Below are positions 1 to 11,057 of a stretch of DNA of 64,000 bases, piece after piece (the first letter of the stretch is position 1; the number at the start of each line of letters is the position of its first letter). This DNA comes from a bacterium. Lineage in GTDB: Bacteria > SZUA-182 > DTGQ01 > JAFGSM01. The stretch lies in the NCBI GenBank assembly GCA_049472335.1, contig JBLIRO010000008.1:1-64000 (forward strand), in the 5' to 3' direction. Both the position numbers and the translations under genes were made by a program. The notes beneath the pieces were generated by a model that saw only the letters and a list, made by a program, of their open reading frames with translations, searched no databases and was not told the DNA's origin.

Positions 1-1077
1 CAATGTCAGATTCTTAAGACAGAACCGGGTCATGGCCTCACCCCAGTTTGAATAATAATCATAAAGAAGGGTATATTCTATAGCATACTTAGCCGGAGAA
101 TTGTTCGTGGAAAGTCTTTCAAAGATATCACGGATTATATCCTTTCCATAGGTTTCTGAGAGAAACTTCGCCCAGATTACTCCTCCGTATTTAGAACTCA
201 TGTATCTTTCATCGTCCATGGGAAGCTCCATATTAAGGAGTTTATCCTTCAGATAGCGAAGGTAGTCGTCTACATAGTCAAAGACCTCATCTTCCATCCA
301 GAGGGCAGTGTTTTCTTCCCACCATAAACAGCCATCACACCAATCGTCATAAAAAAACTGGATTGCATGGAATAATTCATGTGCGGCAGTTACCTTCATA
401 CTCCCAATCCGGGAGCCCTCGGGATCAAAATTTGTTTGACAGGATGAATAATCGTTGTCTACCACTGTATAGGGATGTCCGTTCTCTATGGATGTGTAAC
501 CATAATAAGTTATATCCATGATATAAACATCAAACCTGTTGTCCCCCCCATTGGTTCCATCAGAATGAGGAGGGTTATATCCCAAAATATTGGTCTCATA
601 ATCCCATGAATCTTCAAAATATGAGCCATATTGAATAACATAATCGGGAATAGTAGACGGGTCACCATCTGAATTAAATACAGCATTATCTACTGATTCG
701 GTATAGTGAATCTTGAAATGCCCTTCAGGGGTATTGTATGTCAAGTCTAAAAGTCTATCCGGAGAATAATATCTTGAAAAGGAAGGATTATCCGGGCGAT
801 AGAGGATAAAGCGGTTTTCCGGCCAAAGAAGCTCTCTGTGCTTAAGGGCATAATGTATAAGTGGCGTTGCACATTTCCCGTTAATTTTAAGAGTTTGCTC
901 TACGTCAAGATTCCTGCGGTTTCTATCTTCGGATTTTGTAAATATGTCAGAAATCATTTGGTTTAGCAATGTTGGGCATATTTCTTCTTTAGCTATACTA
1001 TATGGCACTTGAATCATCAAAATAGCTGCCGTTATCATATAAAAAACCATGTTTAGGACAACCAGACCTTTTCTCAA
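1..1077 (-). CDS. Secreted HEXXH zinc metalloprotease (MXAN_6640-like); 3' end runs off the window
   Basis: Not in the ORF track. Manual translation from TTG at 1077 (AGGAGG SD upstream) gives MRKGLVVLNMVFYMITAAIL...GHFKIHYT...RFDVYIMD...VTAAHELFHAIQF...WWEENTALWMED, open to position 1. Confidence 0.8.
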   Translation of the reverse strand, partial: MRKGLVVLNMVFYMITAAILMIQVPYSIAKEEICPTLLNQMISDIFTKSEDRNRRNLDVEQTLKINGKCATPLIHYALKHRELLWPENRFILYRPDNPSFSRYYSPDRLLDLTYNTPEGHFKIHYTESVDNAVFNSDGDPSTIPDYVIQYGSYFEDSWDYETNILGYNPPHSDGTNGGDNRFDVYIMDITYYGYTSIENGHPYTVVDNDYSSCQTNFDPEGSRIGSMKVTAAHELFHAIQFFYDDWCDGCLWWEENTALWMEDEVFDYVDDYLRYLKDKLLNMELPMDDERYMSSKYGGVIWAKFLSETYGKDIIRDIFERLSTNNSPAKYAIEYTLLYDYYSNWGEAMTRFCLKNLTL

Positions 1078-1193
1078 AGTTCTTCCTCCTTTTGTTATTT
1101 ATATTCACCCATTATGTGTCACCTGGTGAGATATCTTACTAAACTCCCCCTCTATGAATTCTCCGCTGTTTGGAGTGCACTCCTAGCTGTTAT

Positions 1194-1493
1194 TTATGAG
1201 AAAGACATATACGGCGTGCGCCTCTTCCAGGCCTTTGCTGCAATCGATATTCCCTGAGTGAAAGCATGCCCCGGTAAAATCTGCCCCATGAACTTAACAA
1301 CCAATGCCTGCACCTGCACCCTGTAGAGGTTAGCATTTATAAGAGAGGCATCTTCCGATGTCCCGCCGCTTAAATCCGCCTCTGCTAAATCGGCGTTAGC
1401 AAGGTTTGATTGATAGAACTTGCTTTTCTGGTTAAAGTATATACGGATACTCAAATTTTTGTCAAGACAAATATTCAAAGATGATTTACACAA
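1194..1493 (-). pseudogene. Pentapeptide-repeat gene fragment
   Basis: Only SNLANADLAEADLSG...ASLINANLYR fits the A(D/N)Lxx pattern; flanks look non-coding and there is no SD. Confidence 0.4.
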
Positions 1494-1661
1494 AAGTTAA
1501 ATTTTTTCAACTGATTATTTGTTTTTTAATAACTTTCATCCTTCATTGTGATTGAATGGATTATGGATATTTAGCTTTTGGAGGAAACCCTGTCCAGAAG
1601 AGGCAAGGCGCTCTAAGCAGAGGAAATGAGGTCAGAGGAAAAGGCGGAGGGAGTCGGATAA

Positions 1662-1790
1662 GGCTATAACTCTCATTTCTTGGTGACATTTTTTGCAGCG
1701 AAGGGGTTGATTTCGTATATCCTTTGGATGAGTTCAGTCAATCTTTTACAGCACACCTTTTTGGAATGTTTTATCAGTTTTTTAAAATCC
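1662..1790 (-). mobile_element. IS91-like (Y2) transposase C-terminal remnant, frameshifted
   Basis: Manual translation KRLTELIQRIYEINP/(shift)CKKCHQEMRVIA resembles the WAxLIxxVYEVDPLxCxxCGxxMRIIA tail of IS91-type transposases. Confidence 0.55.
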
Positions 1791-1882
1791 TTCTTGTCAA
1801 ATAGAGAAATCTTTTGATGTCCAGTCTGTAGAGGTAACACATGTTTCCTTTATCTGTGGTTTCTCATCAAAAACCGCTTCAT

Positions 1883-1927
1883 TCTGTGTGTTCTAAGTGG
1901 TAAGATTTATAACCACAGAACACACGG
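1883..1927. repeat. Imperfect intergenic inverted repeat (REP-like hairpin)
   Basis: CTGTGTGTTCT(AA)GTGGT ... ACCACAGAACACACGG. Confidence 0.45.
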
Positions 1928-2279
1928 GGGATATAGAGTTTATATTAGACTTTGATTTTACAATGATTCCTTTAGTATTTGGCGTAACAACACATTGACA
2001 AATCAATTATGAATTGTTATAATTATATCTAAAAATAAAACCTACTAATTTTTCTAACTGGAAACACATTCTCATCTTACATTCCTTCTCATAATGATGC
2101 AGAATTTTTTAATGGAGAGTTAAGTTCTTTGAAAAAAAATATTACACCTTTATATTTTCATTCTAATAAAATCCTGAATTTATTAACACAAAATGCTCCA
2201 GACAGATTTTTAAATAATATTTTCATATCCAACTTTGTTGATCAAATATTTAAGAATATAAAAATATTGGGATTTTCAA

Positions 2280-3371
2280 TTGAAAAAAAATATTTTTATT
2301 CTGTTTTTATTTGTTTTTTTCTTGAAAGCTTGTGCAAGAGGGAAAAAAGAGAATATCTACATCCCGGTTCATAAAAATGCTGATTATAGTTCACATGTTT
2401 TGAGTAACTATTTAAGGCCGAAAGCCAAATGTGATTGGCAAATTGTATATACAACAGAGTTTCATGAATTCTATGGTATATGGGAACAAGGGCCTGATAA
2501 TCTCTACCTTACTGGTGGCAATAACATTTGGTATCGAGCAAGCAACAGAGACCCGCATATAATTTGGTCAAAAAATTCAGTCTTTTTAAAGGATTTATGG
2601 GGCAGTACTAGTGGAGATATCTATGCCGTGGGCTATAATTTTAGAAAAAAACACGGTTTGATTGTTCATTGTCTTGGAGACAATTGTGAGGAAATAGAGA
2701 CGACAACTGATGGTGAGATCAACAGTATCTGGGGCTTTTCCCCGGGCAGTATTTATGCCGTTGGCTTCGAAGGGGACTCAAATCCGCCAAAAAGCGTTAT
2801 TTTAAAATATGATGGTATTTCCTGGGAGAAAATACCCATAAACAAGAAGACCAGACTAACGGGAATATGGGGTACCTCACCAACAAATTTATATGTTATT
2901 GGATGGGAAAACAACTCGTTAGACAGATATGAAGGACGCATTTTTCACTGGAACGGAAAAGTGTTAAAGGAGATGCCCATTGAATGTCCGATGCGGCTTT
3001 TAAAGATTTGGGGGAGTTCTGACAAAGAGATTTTCGTTGTCGGAAATGATCATACTAGGTCCATAACAAATAATGGTCCAGCGGGTGTTATTCTTCATTT
3101 CGATGGAAAGATTTGGTCCCATGTTTTGCTGGATAATAAGGCTTGTTTTTATGCATTGTGGGGATGGTCGAAAAACGAAGTATACGTTGGTGGGTCTAAA
3201 TGGGAAACCCTTGGGACAGCAAATAGAGGGGTAATTTACCGATACAATGACAGCGTATGGCAGGAGATGAAAAGTTGTGCAAAATATCCGATTGAGGATT
3301 TTTGCGGAGGTATTAAAAATACTGTATATGCCATCCAACGTGAAGGCGTTTTGATGCAGCTTACAAAGTGA
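2280..3371 (+). CDS. Exported (possibly lipo-) beta-propeller protein with IWGxSxxxIYxVG repeats
   Basis: Signal peptide ending LKAC; about 6 repeats such as LWGSTSGDIYAVG, IWGFSPGSIYAVG, IWGTSPTNLYVIG, IWGSSDKEIFVVG. Confidence 0.8.
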   Translation: MKKNIFILFLFVFFLKACARGKKENIYIPVHKNADYSSHVLSNYLRPKAKCDWQIVYTTEFHEFYGIWEQGPDNLYLTGGNNIWYRASNRDPHIIWSKNSVFLKDLWGSTSGDIYAVGYNFRKKHGLIVHCLGDNCEEIETTTDGEINSIWGFSPGSIYAVGFEGDSNPPKSVILKYDGISWEKIPINKKTRLTGIWGTSPTNLYVIGWENNSLDRYEGRIFHWNGKVLKEMPIECPMRLLKIWGSSDKEIFVVGNDHTRSITNNGPAGVILHFDGKIWSHVLLDNKACFYALWGWSKNEVYVGGSKWETLGTANRGVIYRYNDSVWQEMKSCAKYPIEDFCGGIKNTVYAIQREGVLMQLTK

Positions 3372-3560
3372 TTAGAAGTGGGATTATAAAAATTTGCAGC
3401 AGGTTAAAGTCAGCTACTTGATTCTTATAATGTTGCTTAGAATTGTAATGAAGAAATCAGCACATTTCTTTTGAATTGTTTATAGCAATTTAAGAAATGA
3501 TGATGTTTTAATTTTTATTAACTCAACGGCAAAAAAGGGGAAAAAGAAAGGAGGATTGGG

Positions 3561-4436
3561 ATGAGAAAAAGATGCAAAACTTTATTGATTATGGGAATCT
3601 TTTTATCTTTATTTTTTCTATTTACCGGCACAAGCTTACTCCACGCTGCACAAGCCCGATGTCATGCTGTGGATTGGGATTCTCAAAATGCAACATGTCA
3701 AAGCACAAATGGGAACTTTGAAAAGGCTTGCTCCTATTGGATTGGAGAGATGGAGGACCATTGGAGTGTAACTACTAAGAGTTCAAACACCTTTGGCATT
3801 GAATTGTGTGATTCAGAATTTGAGTCCAGTTGTTGTGACAACACAGGTGACAATTTGGACAATGGTGATGCGACATTACTCGCCACACATGGGGGGACAG
3901 AATATGGAGATCGGTTTGAAGCACAGATGTCCAGCCCTAATTGGAATCCTGGTGGTGATGATTGTCGATCTAATTCTAACTACTGGATGCTCGGGGATAA
4001 TGATGCAGAATTTGTTGCCTTGTTTGCTTGCCACTCATTGCAAAAACAATATGTTAATGGATGGGGGACCGTTCCTAACCACTGGCGTGCCCACACTAGA
4101 AGACTCCACCAACTTCAAGGATTTCAAGGTTCATTAAGCACAGGTCAGAAGGATGAATTGGATGACTTTGCTGACGATGCCTTTGATGGCGCGGTATCAT
4201 GGGCATGGATTGAAAATATGACAATTTGGGGGGCAAACACTGGGAAACCTTATGATAGATGTGGAATAAATCTGATATTTGGGTATAACAAGGTAGACGC
4301 ACATATACGACGTGACTTTGAACGTTACCATCCCACTCAGTTTCCTGATCCACCTAGCACTGGAGATTGGACCACACAACATTTCTATTGTAACTGTGAT
4401 GCTCCGGCTGCCCCTACCCTAATTTGTGGTCAGTAA
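3561..4436 (+). CDS. Secreted Cys-rich DUF6345-like protein
   Basis: GGAGG SD; signal peptide; motifs LLATHGG, WMLGDNDAEFVALFACHSL, LHQLQGF, AVSWAW. Confidence 0.7.
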   Translation: MRKRCKTLLIMGIFLSLFFLFTGTSLLHAAQARCHAVDWDSQNATCQSTNGNFEKACSYWIGEMEDHWSVTTKSSNTFGIELCDSEFESSCCDNTGDNLDNGDATLLATHGGTEYGDRFEAQMSSPNWNPGGDDCRSNSNYWMLGDNDAEFVALFACHSLQKQYVNGWGTVPNHWRAHTRRLHQLQGFQGSLSTGQKDELDDFADDAFDGAVSWAWIENMTIWGANTGKPYDRCGINLIFGYNKVDAHIRRDFERYHPTQFPDPPSTGDWTTQHFYCNCDAPAAPTLICGQ

Positions 4437-4459
4437 ATTATCAGAAAGAGAGGAAAAAA

Positions 4460-5872
4460 ATGTCTCACAATTATTCTAAAGATAAAATAATTGTTTTTTT
4501 TGTGACATTATTATTCTCGCTTATATATTTATCTTTTTCAACTAATGAAAAAACTTCAATAAAGGCTGCACAGGGAGATATTCAAAATACGAGTTCACTG
4601 AATGGAGATCAAGAAATACTCAATTTGGCAGAGTTGTTAATCAAAAAAATCCCATATTGGGATGTTAATACAATAAACAATGTACCGGAAGAAATTAAGC
4701 AGGGCAGTTTTAAAATAGATCACCCGATAGAGTTGTATACTGAGATTACTCAAGAAGTAAGTGATGGGCTAATATTTTACAATAAAAGAAAAAACGGAAG
4801 GATTGTTTATCAAGATACTAATAGGGCAATTACAGTCAAATATGATTTGAACAACGGATACTGGAAAATGATTATGCCTCCTCAAATTGTCCCTGAAGAA
4901 GTAGATAGCCTGACAGACAGTCAGGCATTGGGATTAACCGAAGTGATTTATAAAAATATCGGCCTACAACAAGTAGAAAAGGGGAATTGCATAACTACAA
5001 GTGTTGGGGAACAAGACGTTGCGCCTGACGGGACAGAAATGCCGGCAAAAGTGATTGCACGTCATACACGAATCTGGAGGGAAGTCAATGGAATACCAGT
5101 CTTAGGATCAAGGTTAATGGCAACATATACGCTTGATGGCAAACCATTTCGTGTTGAAATAAGGTGGCCGCAGTTCATCCTTAACGAAAGTTCATCAGTA
5201 AAAAACAGAGTTCAAGTGCTAAAAGAACTGCCAAGGGAGATTAAAAGTCAACTAGGCAAAATACAGGATATAGCAGACATTCAGGCTTCGATGGTATATG
5301 CTTGTAGCAGTGAGACATTGGAATATGAGCCGGCAATATTTCTTGAGGTGCAGTTTGAAGATGAAAGTACTATACACGAAATTATATACTCCCTTTATCC
5401 AATCAATGAAGGAAAAACTGTTAGATTGGCCCTTTCATCCGGTTGGGATATGATATCACTTCCTGTTATACCGGACAGAACTTTGGTTCAGGATATATTT
5501 CCTGGTGCATTAGTTGTTTATGGTTACAATAAGAGTTCCGGTTATGTGCGAGTGAAAGCAGGAGAAGATCTTGAGTTTGGGAAAGCATATTGGATATTAT
5601 TAAACGAACCACAGGTATACTCTATAACTGGAAGGGAAAAAGAGGAGTTTGACTTTCCGGTACAAGATGGATGGTATTTGATAGGTAGTTGTTCATTTGT
5701 TGCTCAGGCATGCATGATAGAAACAGGCAAAATTGTGGTAGCATACTCATATGTTCCTGACTCAGGATATCAAAGAGTTACTGAACCATATTATCTTGAG
5801 CCTGGCAAAGGATATTGGATCTTTCTAAAAGATACTGATAATCAAACAGAGCTCAAGATCAAAAAAATCTGA
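4460..5872 (+). CDS. Exported protein with propeptide-like central region and C-terminal duplicated GW/GYW module
   Basis: ATG 4460 after GAGAGG; N-terminal hydrophobic segment; REVNGIPVLG; C-terminal LSSGWDMISLPV...FGKAYWI...GWYLIG...PGKGYWI. Confidence 0.75.
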   Translation: MSHNYSKDKIIVFFVTLLFSLIYLSFSTNEKTSIKAAQGDIQNTSSLNGDQEILNLAELLIKKIPYWDVNTINNVPEEIKQGSFKIDHPIELYTEITQEVSDGLIFYNKRKNGRIVYQDTNRAITVKYDLNNGYWKMIMPPQIVPEEVDSLTDSQALGLTEVIYKNIGLQQVEKGNCITTSVGEQDVAPDGTEMPAKVIARHTRIWREVNGIPVLGSRLMATYTLDGKPFRVEIRWPQFILNESSSVKNRVQVLKELPREIKSQLGKIQDIADIQASMVYACSSETLEYEPAIFLEVQFEDESTIHEIIYSLYPINEGKTVRLALSSGWDMISLPVIPDRTLVQDIFPGALVVYGYNKSSGYVRVKAGEDLEFGKAYWILLNEPQVYSITGREKEEFDFPVQDGWYLIGSCSFVAQACMIETGKIVVAYSYVPDSGYQRVTEPYYLEPGKGYWIFLKDTDNQTELKIKKI

Positions 5873-6195
5873 TAGAAAACTCAATGGAACCATCCCCTTT
5901 TTCTGCCCTTTTTCCTGCATGGCAACTCGCTGCAATTGATTGACAACAAGTAATGCATAATCAAGCTTATAGATAGTGTCATTAAGGAGATATCGGGTAT
6001 AGGAGGGATTATGAGCCCCATTGCTTTTATCCGCCTTTATAAAGGAATAGCTATCGCTCCAGACAACAAGAACTGGAAACTGATAGCTAATCCTTAAAAA
6101 TCGATCTAAAGAGTTGATACAAAGTGAGCAAAAATAAAGCATCACTTTCAATAGTGCACCCGATAAAGCTTACTTGTTAATTAAGAATATAAGGG

Positions 6196-6714
6196 CTAAA
6201 ATTCCTCCAATCTCACATAAGGGTAGTTATTAACGGGAAAGGGGTAAAAACAGTCACTAAAATTAACAATAAGCCTTGCCCAGTCATTTCGAAATACGTC
6301 TACTAAAAATCCAAATTGAGTATTCCTATCCACATCAATACGAACGTTAACATACTGGCAAGTTCTTAATGTATCCAAAGGCAATCTAAGGAATATTAAG
6401 CCTGTTTTACCAGGATAGATGGGAGTATGAAGCGTATAACAACTTGTGTTACCCTCTCTTAGCCCATAAACAGAGCAATTGGATTCTGTATCTCCAACAC
6501 GGACTTTGATAAAATCAGTATTTTCATATTTATAATTGCCTATATTCTTGACATAAATATACACATGCTGTGAATAAGACATGATGGCATCATCATCAAG
6601 GCCAACTTCAGCACCTATAGCCACCGGTTTAATATCATTAGTAAACCATGCATTTGCATTCAAAGGAATAAAAAATAAACTGAGGATTAAAATTGAAAGC
6701 ACGATCTTTTTCAT
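6196..6714 (-). CDS. Secreted hypothetical protein (possibly Ig/CARDB-like beta-sandwich)
   Basis: Signal peptide MKKIVLSILILSLFFIPLNANA; VYVKNIG...IYPGKTG...VRIDVD pattern. Confidence 0.7.
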   Translation of the reverse strand: MKKIVLSILILSLFFIPLNANAWFTNDIKPVAIGAEVGLDDDAIMSYSQHVYIYVKNIGNYKYENTDFIKVRVGDTESNCSVYGLREGNTSCYTLHTPIYPGKTGLIFLRLPLDTLRTCQYVNVRIDVDRNTQFGFLVDVFRNDWARLIVNFSDCFYPFPVNNYPYVRLEEF

Positions 6715-6899
6715 AATTTCTTGTATCCTTTCACTTAATCAAAAAACAATTGTAAAATTATTAAAATAATTATTACAATAAAATTAAAAGATAAAAATCA
6801 TCTATAATCATATGTATAATTTTCCTATAAACATCACCTCCTTTTACAATTTATTGTTTTGAAGTATTGAGGTTTTTTTGAGCATCTATTCTTTTATAA

Positions 6900-6916
6900 G
6901 GCAATTAAAATGCCAG
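6900..6916 (-). promoter_or_regulatory. Sigma54 -24/-12 promoter
   Basis: Minus strand CTGGCATTTTAATTGCC = GG-N10-GC, ~190 nt upstream of gene 6196-6714. Confidence 0.65.
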
Positions 6917-7188
6917 AAAATAAAAAAGTATTCAATCTCATTCTTTTCAATGCGTTAAGGTATGTAATAGAATTTATTAAAGATTTTTCAAATGTAAATG
7001 GGAATTGATTTTGTTAGATTTTTTCTGGCTTTTTTTGTACTAATACAATAAAAACAATACGATAATAAGACTGTTAGTTAAAGACTTACATTTATAGAAA
7101 ACGAACACTTGTTATATTCGTCCACAATCACTTCAAGGCATAAGCCCCTCTACTTAAAAAGCTGAGTTGAATCAATAACCATTATAGA

Positions 7189-7547
7189 TTATTTCAGTAA
7201 AAAAGCATAAAGCCTTCCATCGCTACTTCCGACATAGACTGTGCCGTCAGAGCCTATGGCCGGTGAGGATAATATTGAGGCGCCAGTCGTATAACTCCAT
7301 TTTAGATAGTTGGTTTGAACTCCAAGATATGGACTTTGACCAGTTTGTCTTGTATCATGCCTCATGCATGGCCATGGGCTATTTGCGGGTCCTCTGCCAG
7401 TAATGGTGCTGAATTGTTCTCATCGGATTCGCTGCTTTCTCCATAGATGTTTTCAGAAGTGACTATATAATAATACGTTTCACCAATTGTGAGATTTGAA
7501 TGGGTGTATGGGCTCGTAACATCTGAAATCTTTTCGCCATTATTCTT
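7189..7547 (-). pseudogene. Fragment of FN3 + PQQ-type beta-propeller surface protein gene
   Basis: Manual translation ...SPYTHSNLTIGETYYYIVTSENIYGES (FN3 end), frameshift, then SPWPCMRHDTRQTGQSPY...KWSYTTGASILSSPAIGSDGTVYVGSSDGRLYAF*; no start. Confidence 0.65.
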
Positions 7548-7561
7548 ATTTTATAATAATA

Positions 7562-8158
7562 ATGCAGCTATTTTTTCTCAAATATTATGCCTTTCATTCA
7601 ATGACCCTATGTGAGGACCGGGTTGCCCTGCGCGGGAATATGGAGGGCAAGGCATCCATAAAATATGACTGTCAGGATGGATTAAGGAAGTGGCATTATG
7701 TCCATATTTTCAGCCCCTTTCTGAGCGGGGACAGATTGTATATCGCCTGTTTTGCCTATGACAAATCCATCGCAAGAAATCAGCAAAAGGGATGGCTTTA
7801 TTGCCTTACTATGAAACAGGGAGACATTATATGGAAAATACCTGTCACCTCCGGCATATTGACCTCTCCCGTGGGTTTTCTCAAAAACAATCGATTACAT
7901 ATCATTATCGCGGCCCGCAAGGGCCTGGTTCAATGTCTTGATGTTTCAGATTGGGTCTCTAAACATGTATGGAGTTTTCAGATGACTCATGAGGTCTTCG
8001 GATCACCGGTAATTACAGACGGGACTACGCCCCCCCTTATGTTTTTAGGCTCAAAATACGGAAATCTCATAGCCATCGATGCCTGGGAGGGAAAAGAGGT
8101 GTGGCAGAAAATGGCGGGAAACTGGATAGACAATACTGCTATTTGCCAGAATGGTTGA
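7562..8158 (+). pseudogene. PQQ/BamB-like beta-propeller gene fragment
   Basis: IIWKIPVTSGILTSPV, VWSFQMTHEVFGSPVI, LGSKYGNLIAIDAWEGKEVWQ; partial propeller lacking a signal peptide. Confidence 0.55.
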
Positions 8159-8159
8159 G

Positions 8160-8691
8160 ATCCAGTCAGGGGATGGATCAGCTCCGGCAAACCCAGCCGG
8201 GACTTTTCCCAGAATCATTTCTAATGACTACTTTGTCTCCAGATCTTCTGCAAATTGGATTCCCTTTGGATCTACAAGAGGCTTGGAAACTTACTTGGGA
8301 AAAACCAACGTGGGATCAAGGGCTGTATGAGGGAATGGATATTATGCAATCCATACAATCTGTAACATCGAAATATAGCCGGTCGATTTATGAACAACCT
8401 GATCTTTTCGTTCTTCCGGGAAGATCTCGTAACTTGCTTTTTGATTTTGCATATCAAATAACCCCACAAAATCGAGTACCAGGACTGGACATTTTGCCTC
8501 CTTCTCAAACACCCATGACACCCAGACAAGATTATCCTTTGCCAAATTATTGGGCCACCTTTTCAACAACACCAGGATATCCTGTACCGGATGTTTGGCA
8601 AACCTTTGGGAGTAATATAACTTGGGGGACTTCTGCCTACAGCTTCGGCGCTCTGTTTGTAGCCGGTTTTACGGCAGGCTCAACACTATAG
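8160..8691 (+). other. Probable 5'-truncated fragment of a Pro/Thr/aromatic-rich hypothetical gene
   Basis: Open frame with protein-like composition starting abruptly after the PQQ fragment; no credible start or SD. Confidence 0.3.
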
Positions 8692-9081
8692 TAACAAACA
8701 GGCCTATGATTTTGGCTTTACTAAAACTGTACTGGAACCATTATTCTTTATACTAAGTGGTTAAAATGAATGATGCATGCTGTAACATAAGGCTTTTGGT
8801 CAAAAATGGAAACGATGCTGGTTTCTGGTCCCTGAAAGCAACTAAATTAAGGAATATTCTTTATTTATTTTTGCCTGGAATCTAGTATCTAACAACCAGC
8901 ATCGTGAAAACTCTGCTCAAAAAATAACCCTTAACCTGATCAGTTTGAAGTGGAACCTTATTAGTAAGAAATCCTGCTCTCTTTGCAAAGCCGGAGGAGT
9001 TGAATATCCCAATGGTAATCCAGGGCTAATGAGCAACTGAAAGGTTCCATAACTATACCACCTTGTCGCTCCAAAATCAAC

Positions 9082-9170
9082 CAGTTTCTCTTGGCTTATG
9101 GGGGCTTTAATAATATATTGAGCTAGGTTTTCTTTTTCTTTGTCATCATCAGCTTTGATCTCCACTCGTC
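9082..9170 (-). mobile_element. IS91-like transposase internal remnant
   Basis: IKADDDKEKENLAQYIIKAPISQEKL matches the LExLAxYxxRxPxSxERL motif of Y2 transposases. Confidence 0.55.
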
Positions 9171-9247
9171 ATTTGGAGGACTTTTTTTATGAAAACCCAT
9201 TAACAAGATGTTTTTCATTATAATCAAAAATAATCAAGGAGATTTTG

Positions 9248-9538
9248 ATGGATAGAGATGAAATTATCCAATTTCTGAAAAAATTTAAAGGAAAAAACAA
9301 AAATAAATATCATATTAAAAGCATTGGGATATTTGGATCCGCTGCAAAAAATAAGGCTAATGATAATAGTGATATCGATATTGTTGATAAACCAACAAAA
9401 CAGGATTTATTTGAACTTATTGGAATCAAACAGGATTTAGAAGAAATATTTCATCGCCGGGTTGATATAATAAGCTATAGGGAAAAAATAAATTCGTTTT
9501 TAAAAAAATGTATTGATAAGGATGCAGTATATGTATGA
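9248..9538 (+). CDS. MNT-family nucleotidyltransferase antitoxin (MntA-like)
   Basis: GS-X10-DID motif (IFGSAAKNKANDNSDID), LEEIFHRRVDII; ~96 aa; overlaps the HEPN gene. Confidence 0.85.
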   Translation: MDRDEIIQFLKKFKGKNKNKYHIKSIGIFGSAAKNKANDNSDIDIVDKPTKQDLFELIGIKQDLEEIFHRRVDIISYREKINSFLKKCIDKDAVYV

Positions 9539-9690
9539 TAAGGAACTTGCCAGGGAAATATTGAATCAGGTTAATCATGCAACAAAACTAATTTTAAATC
9601 GGTTTGAATCTGTTAAAAATGTTATTGATTTCACAAATAGTCCGGCTGGCATGGAAAAAGTTAGATTCTATTTGCATGCAACTCATTCCT
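9531..9690 (+). pseudogene. HEPN/DUF86 toxin, frameshifted and truncated
   Basis: MYDKELAREIL...DFTNSPAGMEK; an extra A in the run at 9655-9659 shifts LDSICMQLI out of frame; similarity ends ~9688 before any RxxxxH motif. Confidence 0.75.
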
Positions 9691-9751
9691 CTGTTTCTTT
9701 CTATCTTGATGTGATATTTGATTTCAATTGGTAAAATGTCAAAAACTTCGT

Positions 9752-10915
9752 TTAAAATGAGGTCCACTTCAGCGCCATTACGTGTTCTGTAATAGAAGTA
9801 ATCCCAACCGGTTTTTTTCTATGTAATGTCACACGGGAGATTTCGCCGGGACTCCATAGGCGCATTCGCGGTCCCCATGTGCCTGTCCCGCGGCAGACGA
9901 TTACAGCCATGCCGTTCACGTCATACATACCTTCGAGTAATGGGTATTCACGTCTTACAAAATAGTCAAAAGGCCAGATCTGACCTCCGTGTGTATGGCC
10001 ACAAAGCATAAGTCCCACACCTGCTTTTGCCGCCCTGTCGGCCCCCCATGGAGTGTGTGAAAGGAGAATTGTTGTGCCAGGGGGCCGGTCAGCAAGGGCT
10101 TTTGATATTAAATCGTTATACTCGCCAGAGCGCCGGCTGGAAGTTCTAAGATCATCGACACCAGCCAAAATAAGACCGGTCTTGAGTTCAGTCCAACGGT
10201 TACGAAGGACAGGGATACCAGACTTTTCGAAAAGGGATGCGGTATTATCATTATGATGATAAAACTCGTGGTTACCATAAACGGCCCATACTTCAAGCAG
10301 TGCGGAGAGCTGTTTCATGATGGGAAACAAGTTTTCCCGGGAGTCACCGTGTCCTTCAAAAATATCACCCAGCAGGACCACGAGGTCAGGCTTCTGTTCC
10401 AGGACCTGTGCGACGCGGGCCTTCAACCAGGACTCGCCGAGCAGCGAACCCAGATGCAGATCGGACATGGCAATTATTACCGTGTTTTCCATCTCGATTG
10501 GAAGACCGGAAAGGTACACGTCATAGTTTTCTATAACCGGCGGACGCAATCCCTGAATGAGCCCTATGATAGAAAGCACAACACCGGTTAAGATCGCCAG
10601 TCCTCTCAGCCTTGGCGCCAGGCGGCTCAGGATCGAGCCAAACACAGTCACTAAATCCACTGCAAGAAGACAGATGAAGATGAGGAATAGTCCGGCCATC
10701 CAGTTCATACCGATTAACTCTAATGCCACCGCCAGTGTTCCTGTACCTCCGTGACCAAAGGTGCGGCCCAGGTAAAAGACTAACCAGAAGAAAAGGCCTG
10801 CCAGGAAAATGATCTTTTTGGGAACATGGGATTTCACAACCGGCACGGAGGCTGCACGCAAGAATACATAGATGTGCATGACCGTAACGATAGAAATAAG
10901 AATGGTTCCAAACAT
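9752..10915 (-). CDS. Membrane-anchored metallophosphoesterase (YkuE-like)
   Basis: N-terminal TM helices; SDLHLG, LLGDIFE, YGNHE, LSHTP, GHTHGGQ. Confidence 0.92.
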   Translation of the reverse strand: MFGTILISIVTVMHIYVFLRAASVPVVKSHVPKKIIFLAGLFFWLVFYLGRTFGHGGTGTLAVALELIGMNWMAGLFLIFICLLAVDLVTVFGSILSRLAPRLRGLAILTGVVLSIIGLIQGLRPPVIENYDVYLSGLPIEMENTVIIAMSDLHLGSLLGESWLKARVAQVLEQKPDLVVLLGDIFEGHGDSRENLFPIMKQLSALLEVWAVYGNHEFYHHNDNTASLFEKSGIPVLRNRWTELKTGLILAGVDDLRTSSRRSGEYNDLISKALADRPPGTTILLSHTPWGADRAAKAGVGLMLCGHTHGGQIWPFDYFVRREYPLLEGMYDVNGMAVIVCRGTGTWGPRMRLWSPGEISRVTLHRKKPVGITSITEHVMALKWTSF

Positions 10916-11057
10916 GCGACCTCCTTGGTCGCATATAACTATAACATATTAGGAGATTTTTTTGCTAAAGCTAAAATTGTTTAAAATGATTATTGAGTTG
11001 ATTCAAGACATAAGTCCATCTTTTTGAGAGAAAAGAGTAAACCAATAACAATTCATT

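Noticed and set aside
2129..2374. 81-aa ORF and TTGAAAAAAAATATT duplication (2129 and 2280)
   Set aside because: Low-complexity AT-rich sequence overlapping a better gene; chance cannot be excluded.
5825..6151. 108-aa minus-strand ORF
   Set aside because: No SD or motif; overlaps the convergent gene end and the dispersed repeat.
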